Shown: in pieces, positions 39,326 through 52,390 of the stretch
Layout: every line of letters starts with the position of its first letter
Position numbering within the stretch: position 1 is the first letter of the stretch
Assembly: GCF_009914755.1 (NCBI RefSeq)
Contig: NC_060937.1
Direction: 5' to 3' (one strand)
From: the human T2T-CHM13v2.0 reference genome, Homo sapiens
DNA: 64,000 bases
Translations under genes and position numbers: made by a program
Notes under the pieces: generated by a model
What the model saw: only the letters and a program-made list of their open reading frames with translations
Database searches by the model: none
What the model was told of the DNA's origin: nothing

Positions 39326-39989
39326 AAGTACGGGTATCTTTTTGGCAGTGTGAAGAATTTATTTCGGCTTGACTGTTTTAAAGCACCATAATGAATGTAT
39401 AATTAAGTTATGATAAAGTCTTAACCCTTTGTTACAGGGGAACGGTAATGTTGTGAGTGGCTGTGTCTCAGCCCCTTGGACTCCAGCAGTCACCCTCATA
39501 GGAGTCCCACCTCTGCGGGCAGCTCAGAGCCTCCATGTTTTTATATTTAATTCTCATGGTTAAATTCAGTGCCGTAACTCATGGAATTAAGTCTTTTTAA
39601 AATCTAAGCAAACTGTCTTTAAGACAGAAAAAGTTGGGTAATTCTTCATCTATTTGAAGTGATGCTCTCTGGATGGGCTGCATCCTAAGAATGTATCAAA
39701 AGTGGAAATTCTGACCACTGTTTTGATTGTCCTTTTACGTATTAAACAAGTTGAGAGCAAGAACAACAAAAAGAGGGACCTCCGTGACCACGCCGAGGAA
39801 GACAGAGCCTGGCCTGGTTGGAAGATTGGCCTCTCCTCTGTCTCCTGTTTTCTCCAAGGTCCGATAACAACTCAGTTTCCCTTGGAGTGTGGGGACTTCA
39901 TTTTGATTTTCAGTCTGATCTGTTGAGGTCTAGGCAGGAGCTTGGTCCCAAACAACACACCCATGTGTGCTGAGGACACGCTCCAGGGG

Positions 39990-40350
39990 ATTCTTACGCC
40001 CGCCTGCATCAGAGAACCCAGGTCTTGTGGGCGAGGCAGCGTGGAGAGGGAGCGCAGCTCTGGAGACGGCCCCCAGGGCTTGCGGGCGGGCGGGCGAGGC
40101 AGCGTGGAGAGCGGAGAGCGAAGCTCTGGAGACGACCCCCAGAGGAGATTGGCCAAGTGCGGATGTGCGAGTCCTCCCTGCCCGAGGCGCAAACTGTCTC
40201 ACTCCAAAGGGCGTCCGGAGGGTTCTGCGGGGCGGCTGTGCACTGACACCTGCCCCCCACGTGGGAGTCCGCCGGCTCCTGGCCCTTGCCGGTTGGTGTT
40301 GCGGGTCTGAGATGACGCCCCCGCGGTAGGAGCGGGGTTTCCCTGATCAC
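39990..40350. promoter_or_regulatory. Small intronic CpG-rich island containing a two-copy GC-rich duplication
   Basis: Dense CpGs (gcgggcgggcgggcgaggcagcg, gacgcccccgcgg) between AT-rich flanks; gggcgaggcagcgtggagag...agctctggagacg occurs twice. Confidence 0.5.
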
Positions 40351-42504
40351 CGCTTCTTTTGACCATCTTTTCTGGCAGGGCCTTGTATTTTTAAAATGTG
40401 TAAAGGTTAAGCTTTCTGAGATCAGAAAAATAATATTTAGTGAACCATGTGATTTAAGTCACTGTGTATGTGACATGAAATATTTATACCTAACCCACTA
40501 GCAAATGGCTCGTTAAACATATTTGAGATTTAATGTAAGTGAGAATTCTGCCAACCAAGTCAGGATAAACCTTAAACATCGGGAATGCAAAATCAAACAG
40601 ATCCTTTAACACACATCACAAACAGAGGTGTGGACGCCCCTTTTGTCCCAATGGCAGGGACGGGGCGCTGGCCCCCAGGGTGTCCTGTTTATCCCCTGAC
40701 CCACACAGTGTCAGGAGCTTGTCTGGAGGGGACGGGGATGCTGGCCTCCTGGGGTGTCCTTATCTGAAGGCTGTGGTTTCAAGCATCCTCCTTACTGAAT
40801 TTAGATTTTGTTCCGATTTTGTGGCCTGCGTTTCTTCTTACTGCCCTGCTCTGTGGCCCTGTTCTTCCTGGGTTTGGAGATCCTCAAGGATGGGCTTCGG
40901 GAAGGCCTCTGGCCGGATGATCTGGTGACGTAATCCCATCTGACGCTCAGCCTTGGACTTTGAAAAGGCACGACTGTCCTGTCTGATGGACAGGATGCAG
41001 AAGCCTTTGGGAATGGGCATTTTGCCAGAATAAATAAAAGAAGACAATTGGCAAAAGATGGACTGTACCCCATGGCCCCAGGCTGCTGTGTGGAGAGACT
41101 TGTCCTCTCCTCTGCCCACGGTCACCAGTGAGCACCAGGGACGGGGTTTCCTGCTGCACCTGGGCCTCTTCCTGCTGCCAGGAGCTGCCTTGCTGCCTCC
41201 ACCTGTGACAGTCCACCCCCCATACCCCCCCCACCCGCACCATGAGAGGATTTCCAGGGCCCACCCGCCTCCAGTCCCCGTTCTCTCTGCTGCTTTCGAG
41301 GTCACCCTGGGCTGGAAGGGGTGCCTGGGATACTGCTCAGACGTCTTGGCCGCCCTCCCACCCCGCAACACCCCGCTCCTGGTTTTCAGGATGAAATTGT
41401 CCTCAAATAAAGCAAGCTTTTGAGTCAACTTGCAAGAGGAAGGAAGTTTGCTTCAGTCGTCTGGTTTTGTTGGAACAAAGAGATCTAAAGATAGACACAT
41501 GGTCCCCCTCCCTGGACTGCCATTGCCAGGACCCTGTTTCTGTGAGGAAAAGTCAGTGGTGGGGCCTCACCTGTGTATCAGGTGAGCCAAGGGCACCTCT
41601 GCCCTTCCCACGCTTGGGAAATCTCACCACGTCGTCCCCGTAGTGGCCAGAAGAGATTGGCCCTCCCAGGTGGGGCTGCTGTGGTCGGTGCTGGGGATGG
41701 GCAGGGGCAGGCCTGGCCACCCCCTCGTCGGCCCCACCTGCTGCCTCTGCCCGCGTGGCAGGGGAATGGACGGGGCAGCCTCTGCCGGGCCTCAGATGTG
41801 AGGCCCTAACCCTCCCCTCTCAGACCTGCCTCTGAGCAGTGGGGTCATCACTGGGGAGTTGGTTGGAGCAGGGCTCAGTGAGGGAGCTGGGCCTGGCCTG
41901 GCCTTGGGTGGCACATACGGGTCAGGGGCCCACCACCTCCCAGACGTCTGACAGCACAGAGCCCCACAGAGGCCATGCTCGCCTGCCTGCATCTCCTCTG
42001 GGGACCTGTCTCCTGAACTGAGTGGCCACTATTGTTCCTCCGTGCGCTTCTTAGTCTTATGGCTGCAAAATTAAGTAGACTGGAACTTTTAAAGAAACTA
42101 TGATCATAAGGGCAGATTTTCCCATCATTCTTGAGTGGGTTCAAAAAATCAAGAAGAATGAAAACTTACACACATAAATGGAAGAAACGCCCAGCGCCCT
42201 GAAAATCCCAGGGCCCCGCCTGCAGAAGGCCTCCATGAAGAACGGAAGAAGGCCAACACTCTGGTGTGGGTCAGAGAGCATCCACAGGCCTCTTCAGGTT
42301 CACAGAGTGGCCAGTGACCACTTCAGATGTAGCGATATTTTAGAGTTTATTTGTATGAGGGCTTAGCTGTGTGCAGTTTCTGATCACACACAGGGGGATC
42401 CCTGCTTTTCATACCCAAAATGAGGCATTTGATCTGAGGGACAATATTTAGAGTTTGTCCTGGCCCAGAGAGTCCAGAGGCACTGCGGGCTGCCAGCAGG
42501 TAGA

Positions 42505-44117
42505 CAGTGCAGTGCAGATGATGGACAGGTGGTGTGGACGGTGGACAGGTGGTGTGGATGGTGGACACTGCAGTGCAGATGGTGGACAGGCGGTGTGGAT
42601 GGTGGACAGGTGGTGTGGACGGTGGACAGGCTGGGTGGATGGTGGACACTGCGATGAGGACGGTGGACACTGCGATGAGGACAGTGGACAGGTGGTGTGG
42701 ACGGTGGACACTGCAGTGTGGATGGTGGACAGGTGGTGTGGACGGTGGACAGGCAGTGTGGACGGTGGACACTGTGATGCAGACGGTGGACAGGCGGTGT
42801 GGACGGTGGACACCGTGATGCGGACGGTGGACAGGCGGTGTGGACGGTGGACACCGTGATGAGGACGGTGGACAGGCGGTGTGGACGGTGGACACTGTGA
42901 TGCGGACGGTGGACAGGCGGTGTGGACGGTGGACACTGTGATGCGGACGGTGGACAGGCGGTGTGGACGGTGGACACTGTGATGCGGACGGTGGACAGGC
43001 GGTGTGGACGGTGGACACTGTGATGCGGACGGTGGACAGGCGGTGTGGATGGTGGACAGGCGGTGTGGACGGTGGACAGGCTGGGTGGATGGTGGACACT
43101 GCGATGAGGACGGTGGACACTGCGATGAGGACAGTGGACAGGTGGTGTGGACGGTGGACACTGCAGTGTGAATGGTGGACAGGTGGTGTGGACAGTGGAC
43201 ACTGCAGTGTGGATGGTGGACAGGTGGTGTGGACGGTGGACAGGCAGTGTGGACGGTGGACACTGTGATGCGGACGGTGGACAGGCAGTGTGGATGGTGG
43301 ACAGGCGGTGTGGACGGTGGACAGGCTGGGTGGATGGTGGACACTGCGATGAGGACGGTGGACACTGCGATGAGGACAGTGGACAGGTGGTGTAGACAGT
43401 GGACACTGCAGTGTGGATGGTGGACAGGTGGTGTGGACGGTGGACAGGCAGTGTGGACGGTGGACACTGTGATGCGGACGGTGGACAGGCAGTGTGGACG
43501 GTGGACACTGTGATGCGGACGGTGGACAGGCAGTGTGGACGGTGGACACTGCAGTGCGGATGGTGGACAGGTGGTGTGGATGGTGGACAGGCGGTGTGGA
43601 CGGTGGACAGGCTGGGTGGATGGTGGACACTGCAATGAGGACGGTGGACACTGCGATGAGGACAGTGGACAGGTGGTGTGGACGGTGGACACTGCAGTGT
43701 GGACTGTGGACACTGTGATGCGGACGGTGGACAGGCGGTGTGGACGGTGGACACTGTGATGCGGACGGTGGACAGGCGGTGTGGACGGTGGACACTGCAG
43801 TGTGGATGGTGGACAGGTGGTGTGGACGGTGGACAGGCAGTGTGGACGGTGGACACTGTGATGCGGACGGTGGACAGGCGGTGTGGACGGTGGACACTGT
43901 GATGCGGACGGTGGACAGGCGGTGTGGACGGTGGACACTGTGATGCGGACGGTGGACAGGCGGTGTGGACGGTGGACACTGAGATGCGGACGGTGGACAG
44001 GCGGTGTGGACGGTGGACACTGTGATGCGGACGGTGGACAGGCGGTGTGGACGGTGGACACTGTGATGCGGACGGTGGACAGGCGGTGTGGACGGTGGAC
44101 ACTGTGATGCGGACGGT
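42505..44117. repeat. About 1.6 kb complex minisatellite of 20/21-bp units (41-bp dimer) with higher-order blocks
   Basis: Units ggacggtggacaggcggtgt and ggacggtggacactgtgatgc, plus variants. Confidence 0.98.
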
Positions 44118-45004
44118 GCCCCCACGGTCTGTGAGGCAGGCAGGGGATTGAGGACAGTGCCTCCTGGTTTCCTCTCAGGTCACAGTCGCTCCTGGTGAGA
44201 GAGAAAAACTTACCGTAAAATCTGAACATCCAACTGCGCAGTCTAGGCTGCCGTCGGCTGCACCAGACACACATTCCAGAGAGGTGTGCACCAGTGGAAG
44301 TCACCTTGCCAGGAGCATGAGATAGTATTTCATGCTTTACTGATTGACTGTTTCTGTCTTTCTCCCACAAAAGAAGCCATCGCCGAGACGTGGTTGCGTA
44401 CTGGGAATGGGTCTGTGCCCTGAGCTCGCCCTGCAAGGCTCTGGGGAAGGGCCTTGACATCTGCTTGGCTCTGGCAGGTCCCATGACACCGTGGCCCTGC
44501 TGCTTCCCCCCCAACACCAGGGTTGTGTCTGGCTCGGAGGCAAAGCAGTCCCATAGCTGGCAGGGCCGCAGCCAGCACGGCCCAGGAGGGGCCCCTTTGT
44601 GTTCCACTGTGTCCCGTGTTTACACTTGTTTGTCTGCAAGACTGGAAGAGCAAGATTTAAGTCTGATGCCAGGTAGATATTATCTGGCAGCCTCCGCTGG
44701 GAATTTCCAGGTACAAACACCTCTGTCCCATATCTTCAGGCTGTTAGTGACCTGGGTCCTCAGGTGTGGAAAAATTGAGCGTTTAAGCCATTCTCAGGTC
44801 ATCAGCGTGAGTCCTGCATCTTTTAGAGAGAAATTGTGTGGATGTTCAAGACTGCAAATGTGGCTATATGATGAGAGCGTTGGCCAGAAATCGTGTCTGC
44901 TCCGTGGTCAGTGGTCAGTGTCCCCCAGGCACAGTGGCCTGGCAGCCGCTCTGTAGCAGAGACCACCAGCCTGTCAGTCCGTACAGCTTTCCCTGGAGGG
45001 TCTT

Positions 45005-45215
45005 GCTGGCCCCATGCTCCCGGCTGGTGCTGGCTCCATGCTCCTAGCTGGTGCTGACCCCATGCTCCGAGCTGATGCTGGCCTAGTGCTCCCAGCTGGT
45101 GCTGGCCCCGTGCTCCTGGCTGGTGCTGGCCCCATGCTCCTAGCTGGTGCTGACCCCATGCTCCGAGCTGACGCTGGCCTAGTGCTCCCAGCTGGTACTG
45201 GCCCCATGCTCCCCC
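45005..45215. repeat. 24-bp minisatellite, about 9 copies, with a 96-bp higher-order duplication
   Basis: Unit ctggtgctggccccatgctcctag; the variant series repeats every 4 units. Confidence 0.92.
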
Positions 45216-45871
45216 CGTGCTCCCAGCCAGTGCTGGCCTGGTGGCTGCAGGTGCTGCAGTGCGTCCAGAGCCATCTGGAACCTGCTGGGTGGGGGGATGG
45301 GTGTGGGGGTCGACCCTGCTGTTGCCATCCTGCCTCATTTGTGTCCGTCTAATGGCGAGGCCAGGGTTGTGGCACAGACCCCCGAGGGTCCTGTGTGTGC
45401 GGAGGCAGAGGCCCATTCCATGGCCAGGTTTTCCTCCTGGGCCACAAGTTACTGCACCTGCAACAGGTGCGGGGCAGGGGTCGCCTGAACATTTTCCCTA
45501 ATGTGGGTGGGACTCAGACCAAAGTGTATTTATCCGAGGAGCCAGGACCAAGCCCTTTCCCACTGCTCCCCTGCCTCCCCTCTGCCCAGGTCTCTCTCTT
45601 TGTCCCTCCCTCTCTCTGTCTCTCAGTCCCTCTCTCTGAACCTCTTATATCACACTTTCAAAATTGATGGTGAATCACTCAACACACAGCTTTTATGCGC
45701 TGAGAAACAAAGGCCTCCACGTATTGGAAACTGAAAAGCCTTTTTCCAGCCACGTGACGCCACTCCCGTAGGTGCCTGTGGATGTGCCAGCTCCGTGTGG
45801 GATCGGGTGGGCGCTTGCAGGGTGAGGCAGCTTCCTGGGACTGACACGTGCCGTCCGCTCTTTCCGTGCAG

Positions 45872-45955
45872 ATGAAATCATGCACCAGGACATCGTCCCG
45901 CTCTGTGCTGCCGACATCCAGGACCAGCTAAAGAAGCGCTTTGCTTACCTGTCCG
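45872..45955 (+). CDS. MCF2L: MCF2L shared coding exon (84 nt), (D)EIMHQDIVPLCAADIQDQLKKRFAYLS(G)
   Basis: Acceptor ccgctctttccgtgcag|AT and donor TCCG|GTGAGT; phase 1 to phase 1; recognisable Dbl-family N-terminal peptide. Confidence 0.95.
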
Positions 45956-46544
45956 GTGAGTTCCAGAAGCTGGGATGGGGTGGAGAGGGAGGGGTCTGGG
46001 GCCGGGTGTGGGCCGAGCAGCCCCCGTGGCCTGGCCCAGGCTGGAGCTGGGAAGGGTCATGCGAGGGGCTGTGTATTCACTGCCTTGGGTCTGACCTGTG
46101 ACCTGGCTCTCCCCATCTCTGTGAAGTGGGCAGCTCCATGCCAGTTGGCACATGGCCACTGGGAGGAGGTGGGTGGAGGAGGGTCAGGGTCCCCAGGGGG
46201 ATGTGGCCTGGGCACCCCTGACAGCAGCCTCCAGGGACAGATGGAGTGGTGTGTGGGTGGCCGAGCCCATGGGCCTCAGTGAACCCCAGTTCCTGCTGCA
46301 TCTGGGCACCTCCCAGGCCACGCCTCTGTCCACTGTGGCCTCCAGCCCTGCGTCTGGCACACCTGTGGAGGTGGTGCCTGCAGCCATGGGGACATAATGA
46401 GGCTCCCAGCACCCCTGTGTGGGTACAGCAAGGGCACCTGCAGTGGCCCCGAGCTATGTAGATGCCGTTCTTATGTGAACAAATCTGCCCAACAGGACCC
46501 GTCAGAAAAAACACCATGCACATGCATGCCCACCCTGGGCCATC

Positions 46545-46625
46545 AGGGTGCCCCGATGCTGAGGAGGGTGCCCCGATGCCGAGGAGGGTGCCCCGATGCT
46601 GAGGAGGGTGCCCCGATGCCGAGGA
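46545..46625. repeat. 20-bp tandem repeat, 4 copies (alternating T/C, i.e. a 40-bp dimer twice)
   Basis: agggtgccccgatgc(t/c)gagg. Confidence 0.95.
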
Positions 46626-48334
46626 CGCGGTGCTCTTGGGAGCTCAGCCTCTGCCCCTCTGCATTCCCGTCAGCATCCCGGCCCCCAATCCATGGCTGGC
46701 ACGGTGGGGCCTCCATCCCGCACCTGCACCTACAGAGCCAGCCTGCACCCCAGGCCGGGCCTTGGGGTCTGAGGGAGGCTGACTGCGAGGTGCAGCTGGT
46801 GAGTTTTATGAGACCAAAATCGAAGAGACAGCCAGCAACATGATGGCCAGAGGAGAAGTGCTGTGCAGTGACTTGGTCCCTGCTTCCCATGGCCAAGTGG
46901 CCCAGGAGGAGGAAGGAGAGAAAGCAGGGGGTCTCTGGAGAACTGAAAACTCCCAGAGGACAAGGGCTCCAATCCCCCTGTGTCGGGGACCAGGCGTGGT
47001 GATGGCTCAAGAGAGGCGCCGTGGTTTCTGCCGGTTCCTCCTGCGTCCCCAGCCTCTCCCCGCCCCTTTCACAACCCCAAAGAGGCTCACAGCTTTGCCA
47101 CCAGGAGGGCCCCGACCTGGGCCTCCAGCCTTGACCTTCCTCCAGTTGCCAGGCAGTGCCCCCACCCCAGCGGTGCCTGGGAGGGCAGAGTCCCAGGACG
47201 GCCCCAGCCACCCACCTTTTCTCGATCGTTCCTCAGACGCCAGCCCAGGAGCTCTGGGGGGGATTTTGCAGATGAATTTAAGGCCCCAAATCAGCTAACT
47301 TTAAGATCTTCCTTGGTGGGCTTGACCCACTCAGCTAAGCCCTTAGAAGAGATGGGGCTCTTCCTGGCATGAGGGATCCCAGGTGCAAGAAGGATTTGAC
47401 ACAAGGGGGTTCTCTGTGTGGCCCCGAAGGAGGCAGAGGCCGCCTGACCAGGACAAGAGCCGCCCCACGGGCAGCCGCCAGGAACCCGGGGCCTCAACAC
47501 TGCAGCTGGGGGCACAGCTCTGCCAAGCCCCTGGGGGAGCTGGAGAGACTGGGCTCAGGATCACAGCCCGGCAACCCCTCCACGTGGGCCCAGAGACCCT
47601 GAGCAGAGACCCGCAAGCTGATAAGTGCCTGAGCGTCAATGGTCTTGGGAACCACACCAAAGCCTCCGTCGGCTCCTCTCCCTCCTGGAATATAAGCTGG
47701 AGTCCCCTGTGGTACTGCTGCCCCCGCGTCATATGCTGCCCCTGCGTCGTATCCTGCCCACCCCCTGGAGGCAGGCTGCCTCCCCATCCCCCTGCCTCCC
47801 GCCAACCTCGGGGCCTTTGCACAGCCGGCCCTCTCCATGCAGCGAATTTCTTCCGCGGGGCTTGTGGCTGGCCCGGCCCCTCAGGCCTTGCTCAGAGGCA
47901 CGCCCTCGTACATGCCCTCTCCCTCCTCGCCTGCGCTCTGCTCCGCCCCCTTCGTTACACCACCTCACGTCCTCCCGTGTGTGGCGTGGGTCCCTCCTGA
48001 GGGCTGGGTTTGTTCACAGCTGCCTCCCGGCTTCTAGAGGTGCACCCAGCCTCAGAGCCATGTACTGAGGGCTCAGCCATGGGCCCATCTGGGGTGGGAC
48101 CCTGGCACACCACGCTGTTCTCAGGATCCAGGTCGTAGCAGCAGTACCACGTCTGAGAAGGATCAGTGTCGGCTGGCGCTTCTCCTGCAGATGTGCGCGG
48201 ATTTGGAGGAAGCCTGTGGCAGCCTCGGGTGTGTGCGTTGCCAATCGCCCCGTCCCCTCCTCACCACGTCCAGCACTGCTGTGTCCTGAGGCTGCGCCTG
48301 CACTCCGGGTTCCTGCCATGAAGCCCCCTTTTGT

Positions 48335-48690
48335 GTCCTCATGACAAAGGCCATGCACTGGGGGACCGAAACAACTGGGGCTCGTCTCTCAGGTTCCGTG
48401 GGGCTGTGCCCCTTCCGGAGGCTCCTCCTGCTTTGGGGACGCAGGTGTTCCTTGGTGTCCCTTGGCATCTTCATGCAGCCGCCTCACCTGTACGTCGGTG
48501 TCTCCTCTTCTGCCTCAAAGCCCCTCTGCCTTTCTCCCGGGACACCCGTCACGAGATTTAGGGCCCACCGTATAATCCATTATGGTCTCACCCTGAAAAC
48601 TTTGTTACCTCTGCTGCAAAGACTTCTCCAAACAAAGTCATGTTTACAGGCTCCTGGGACAGGGAGTGGACGTGCCTTTCAGGGGCCGCC
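48335..48690 (-). mobile_element. MLT1-type MaLR solo LTR relic
   Basis: gatttagggcccacc...ctgcaaagacttctccaaacaaagtcatgtttacagg matches the reverse of an MLT1 5' end. Confidence 0.65.
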
Positions 48691-50757
48691 TTGGACTCAG
48701 GGTAAATCTGGCTCAGAGGTTTGCTGTCTTGACAGCTGCCCTCAAGGGGGCTCCCCTCCCGCCCCAGCATCACCCATGGGACTCGCTCTCCCTGTCTCGC
48801 TCCACTCGAAGGAAACACAGACTCCCCCGCCCGCCACTCCTGCACACTGACCACCATGGGGCTGGGGTCCAGCTGGGTGAGGCCCCTCATTGTGACTGGA
48901 GCCCACAGGTCGACACCCCAGCCTGTTCCGTGGACTTTTGCTTAATTCCCTGGTCTTTGGATGCCTGGAATGGCTTCCGTGAAGTGCCAGAGCAAAAAAC
49001 TAAAGATGTCAGGAAGGAACGGCTCCGAATTTTCCTTTTCAAGAGGAGACTGCGTTTCTTTCCACTTGCCCTGCTGATTTCCCCTCCCTGCGACGTTCGT
49101 GCCAGCCCTGTGCTGTCTGCCGCGGAGCCATGGCTGCCACTGTGACATGTGCGGTCCCGTCTTCTCCCTCCATTGTCTGTAGACGCACAGGTGCCACGCA
49201 GAACCCTACAGCTCTGTCCAGATCCTGGATCCAGATGAGGCAGCTTTTGAAAGGCGGCCAAGTGAGGGATGTGTAAACCTCGGGGGCTCCGGACTCCTGT
49301 ACGTTGCCGCCCAAAGTCAGGACGAGCTGTGGAAGTCACACCTGGACTCTGTGTCTGTCATCCGCAGACAGCAGCTCCCCATTCAGCCTGTGTCCCTCGT
49401 AATCCACACCCTCTACTCACAGTGACATCTGCCCCAAAAGCGCTTCGCTTAACCCTGAAGCTACGAGACCTGCCACCCTACTGTCCCCTCTAGTTTTCTG
49501 ACATTTGAGGAACAAGGAATTGGGTGTAAAATCAGGAAATATCCTACATGTAAATTCTTGATTATTCTTGTCCTTCCGGGCAGAGCTGCCTCCTGAGTCA
49601 TCCGTTTGACTCTTTCTTACTGAAGGCTGAGGGTTGGGGGGTGCATGGGTGCTCCAAACCCAGAGGCAATGGCGCGTCCCCTGGCATGGCAGTCGGAGCA
49701 GGCCCCGAGGAGGTCGTGGTCTCAGAACTCAGTCCTTGTGTCATCCTAGAAAAGATGCTTCAACTTGCTGACCGTCAGCAAGAGCTAAAAACAGGGCGGG
49801 AGAATTTACCACTGAGGAACTTATGATCTGAAGTGAAAAACGCAGAGAACAGACTTGCCACCGGTGAAAACCACAAAGCTGAAATGGAGGCCCTGCCCGG
49901 AACGCAGAGGCCACCGCCACTGTGCGTCTCACTCCCTGCAATGGACGGCGGCCCCCCTCCCACTGCCCAGGCGGCTCTTGGGAATTTCGTTTTGCTTTTA
50001 CGGGAATGTGGCATGGTCAGCGGTGGCCATCAGCCATCCAGGAACCTGGATTTGACAGGATTGCTCCATCCCATGTCCAGGCAGCCTCAGGTGTGTGGAG
50101 ACAGGGCAGACTTAGGAGTTCCTCCCCTGGCCTGTGCTCTCCTCCCGGGAAGAACGCTGGAGACCTTCGTCTCTTCTCCTTTCCTCACCTTCCCCAAGCG
50201 CTCGCTGCACAAGCCCCCTCCTGCCTTGCCCCTTCTCCCACCCCATTTCGGTTTTGGTCCCAGCTTACATCTCGTCCTAAGGATTAAGTGTTTGTGCAGC
50301 TGAGCCGCAGTTCTCAGGTGAGCTGCAGGGCTCCAGCATGGCACCTGCCTGGGCAGTCCTGAGAGAGGGATTCGAAGTGGGGGAGGACCCCGGAGTCTCC
50401 CTGGCACATGGTCTGAGGCTCCAGCCACCAGACCCGAAGCTCAGTCTACACTCACCAAGGCCCGACGGCTGCTCCAACCTGGGAGGACCGATCCGATCCT
50501 GCGCTCCCTGAGGCCGATGGCTTTTTGACACCCAGGCTTCAGCCACAGACAGACAGACGTTCCCTGCCCGTGGGGGTTTGCCCTTGCTGGAGAGAAACAG
50601 AAATGGACAGAAGGTCACTGGGGTGGCCCTGGGTGTTCTGCGGAGAATCAAAGTCATGAGACGGAGACAGGAATCCCGTTAGGTTTGGGCAGAGTCGCAC
50701 GTGCTCCTTTCTGGACCTGCTTCAAGGAATCCGATGGTTGCACGACTTCCAACCAGT

Positions 50758-51104
50758 TGCTATAGGATAAATGTTTGTGTCCCTCCAAACTCAGATGTTG
50801 AAACCCTAACCCCAGAGGTGATGTTTGGGGAGGTGAGGCCTTTGGGAGGAGATTAGGTCATGAAGGTGGAGCTCCCAGGTGGGATCAGAGCCTTTATAAG
50901 GGGCTGAAGAGACCAGATCTCCTTCCGCAGCATGGCCATGCCTCAAGGAGACCTCTGAATGGGGAAGCCGCCGTCACCAGACACCAAGTCTATGGGCACC
51001 TTCATCTTGGACTTACCTGGCCAGAGCTGTGAGATAAATTTCTGTTGTTTGGGCCTCCCGGCCTATGGTGGTTTGTTACGGCCGCCCAGACAGACCAACA
51101 AACA
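50758..51104 (+). mobile_element. MLT1A-type MaLR solo LTR
   Basis: tgctatagga.aaatgtttgtgtccc...ggcctttgggagg.gattaggtcatga...tcaccagacacc...tcttggactt...ctgtgagataaatttctgttgttt. Confidence 0.88.
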
Positions 51105-51538
51105 GCCTGTGTGAAAATGCGAGCCATAAACGAGTGGTGTTGACAAAGGCATCCTGTCCAGGTAGGAGTTCCGTGTGGCTAAGTAGTGTCTAGTTTCAGA
51201 ATGTGATGCCTTCTTGATGTCATCTCCACACTGGCAGGAGGAGGTTTTTATTTAGTTCTTATTTTAAGATTTTTCTACCCGACAGTTAACTTAGGATACA
51301 GATGTCATAGTAAATTAACCACTGGAATGCTTTCATTCCTAAGCAGCTCATGTGGGTGAGTTTCTAAAGCCGTGTTTGGGCCGAGGCATCACACAAGAGG
51401 GTGTCCCTAAGATGCATCACGTCCGTGGAGAAAACAAAGCAGGACACACGTGTGAGTCGTCACACCCTTGGTCACCCGGCTTGGCCATCACACATGCCTC
51501 CTGCCCAGGACGCGTGTGCGTGTGTGTATCTACCTGTG

Positions 51539-51874
51539 TGTCTCAACTCAGGCTGCTTGCTGTGACAAAGTCCCCTAGACTGAGTGGTTTAAGCCACAGT
51601 TTATTTCTCTTGGTTCTGGGGCAGGAAGTCCCGGATGAAGGCACCGGCAGATGTGCTGCCTGGTGAGGGCTCACTTCCTGATTTACAGACTGCAGCCTTC
51701 TCGCTGTCCTCATGTGGCCAGGCGAGCAGAGCAAGCCCACAGAATCCCATTCACGGGAGCCCCACTCCCACGGCCTCCTCCCCTCCCACAAGCCCCACCT
51801 CCCAGCACTGTCCCCGTGGGGGTCAGCATTTCAACACATGAATTCAGGGGAAGACAGATATCCAGTCCATAACA
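51539..51874 (-). mobile_element. MLT1A-type MaLR solo LTR, inverted relative to the LTR at 50758
   Basis: tgtctca...tttatttctc...ctggtgagggctcacttcctg...cttctcgctgtcctcatgtgg...atttcaacacatgaatt...cagtccataaca. Confidence 0.85.
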
Positions 51875-52390
51875 GTGTATATGTGTAGCTGTGTGTATGT
51901 ATAGTGTGTGCGCGTGTGAATGTGTAGCTATGTATGTTTGCATGTATGTGTAGTGTGTATATGTGTATGTGTAGATGTGTGTATGTGTGTGTATGTGTAG
52001 CGTGTATGCGTGTGCATGTGTAGCTGTGTATGTGTATATGTGTGTACTTGTAGATGTGTATGTGTGTGTATGTGTAGCTGTGTATCTGGTAGCTGTGTAT
52101 GTGCGTGTAGCTGTGTGTGTATATCCATGTGTGTATGTATAGGTGTGTATGTTTGTACATATATGTACATATACATACCTACACATCCACATGCATATGT
52201 GTGCAGCTGTGTATACATGTGTATGTAGGTGTGTGTCTAGCTGTATGTACAGCTATGTATCTGTGTATAGCTGTGTACATATGTGTGTGTTTATAAGTAG
52301 CTGTGTGTGTAACTGTATGTGTGTATATGTACATGTATGTGTGTATAGGTAGCTGTGTGTAGCTGTGTGTGTATTAAACTGAGTGTGTAT
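51875..52390. repeat. (TG/TA)-rich simple repeat with tgtagc interruptions
   Basis: Direct reading. Confidence 0.95.

Noticed and set aside
42347-44607. 572-719-aa minus-strand ORFs as protein-coding genes
   Set aside because: All three frames are open through a minisatellite, which indicates a compositional artefact.
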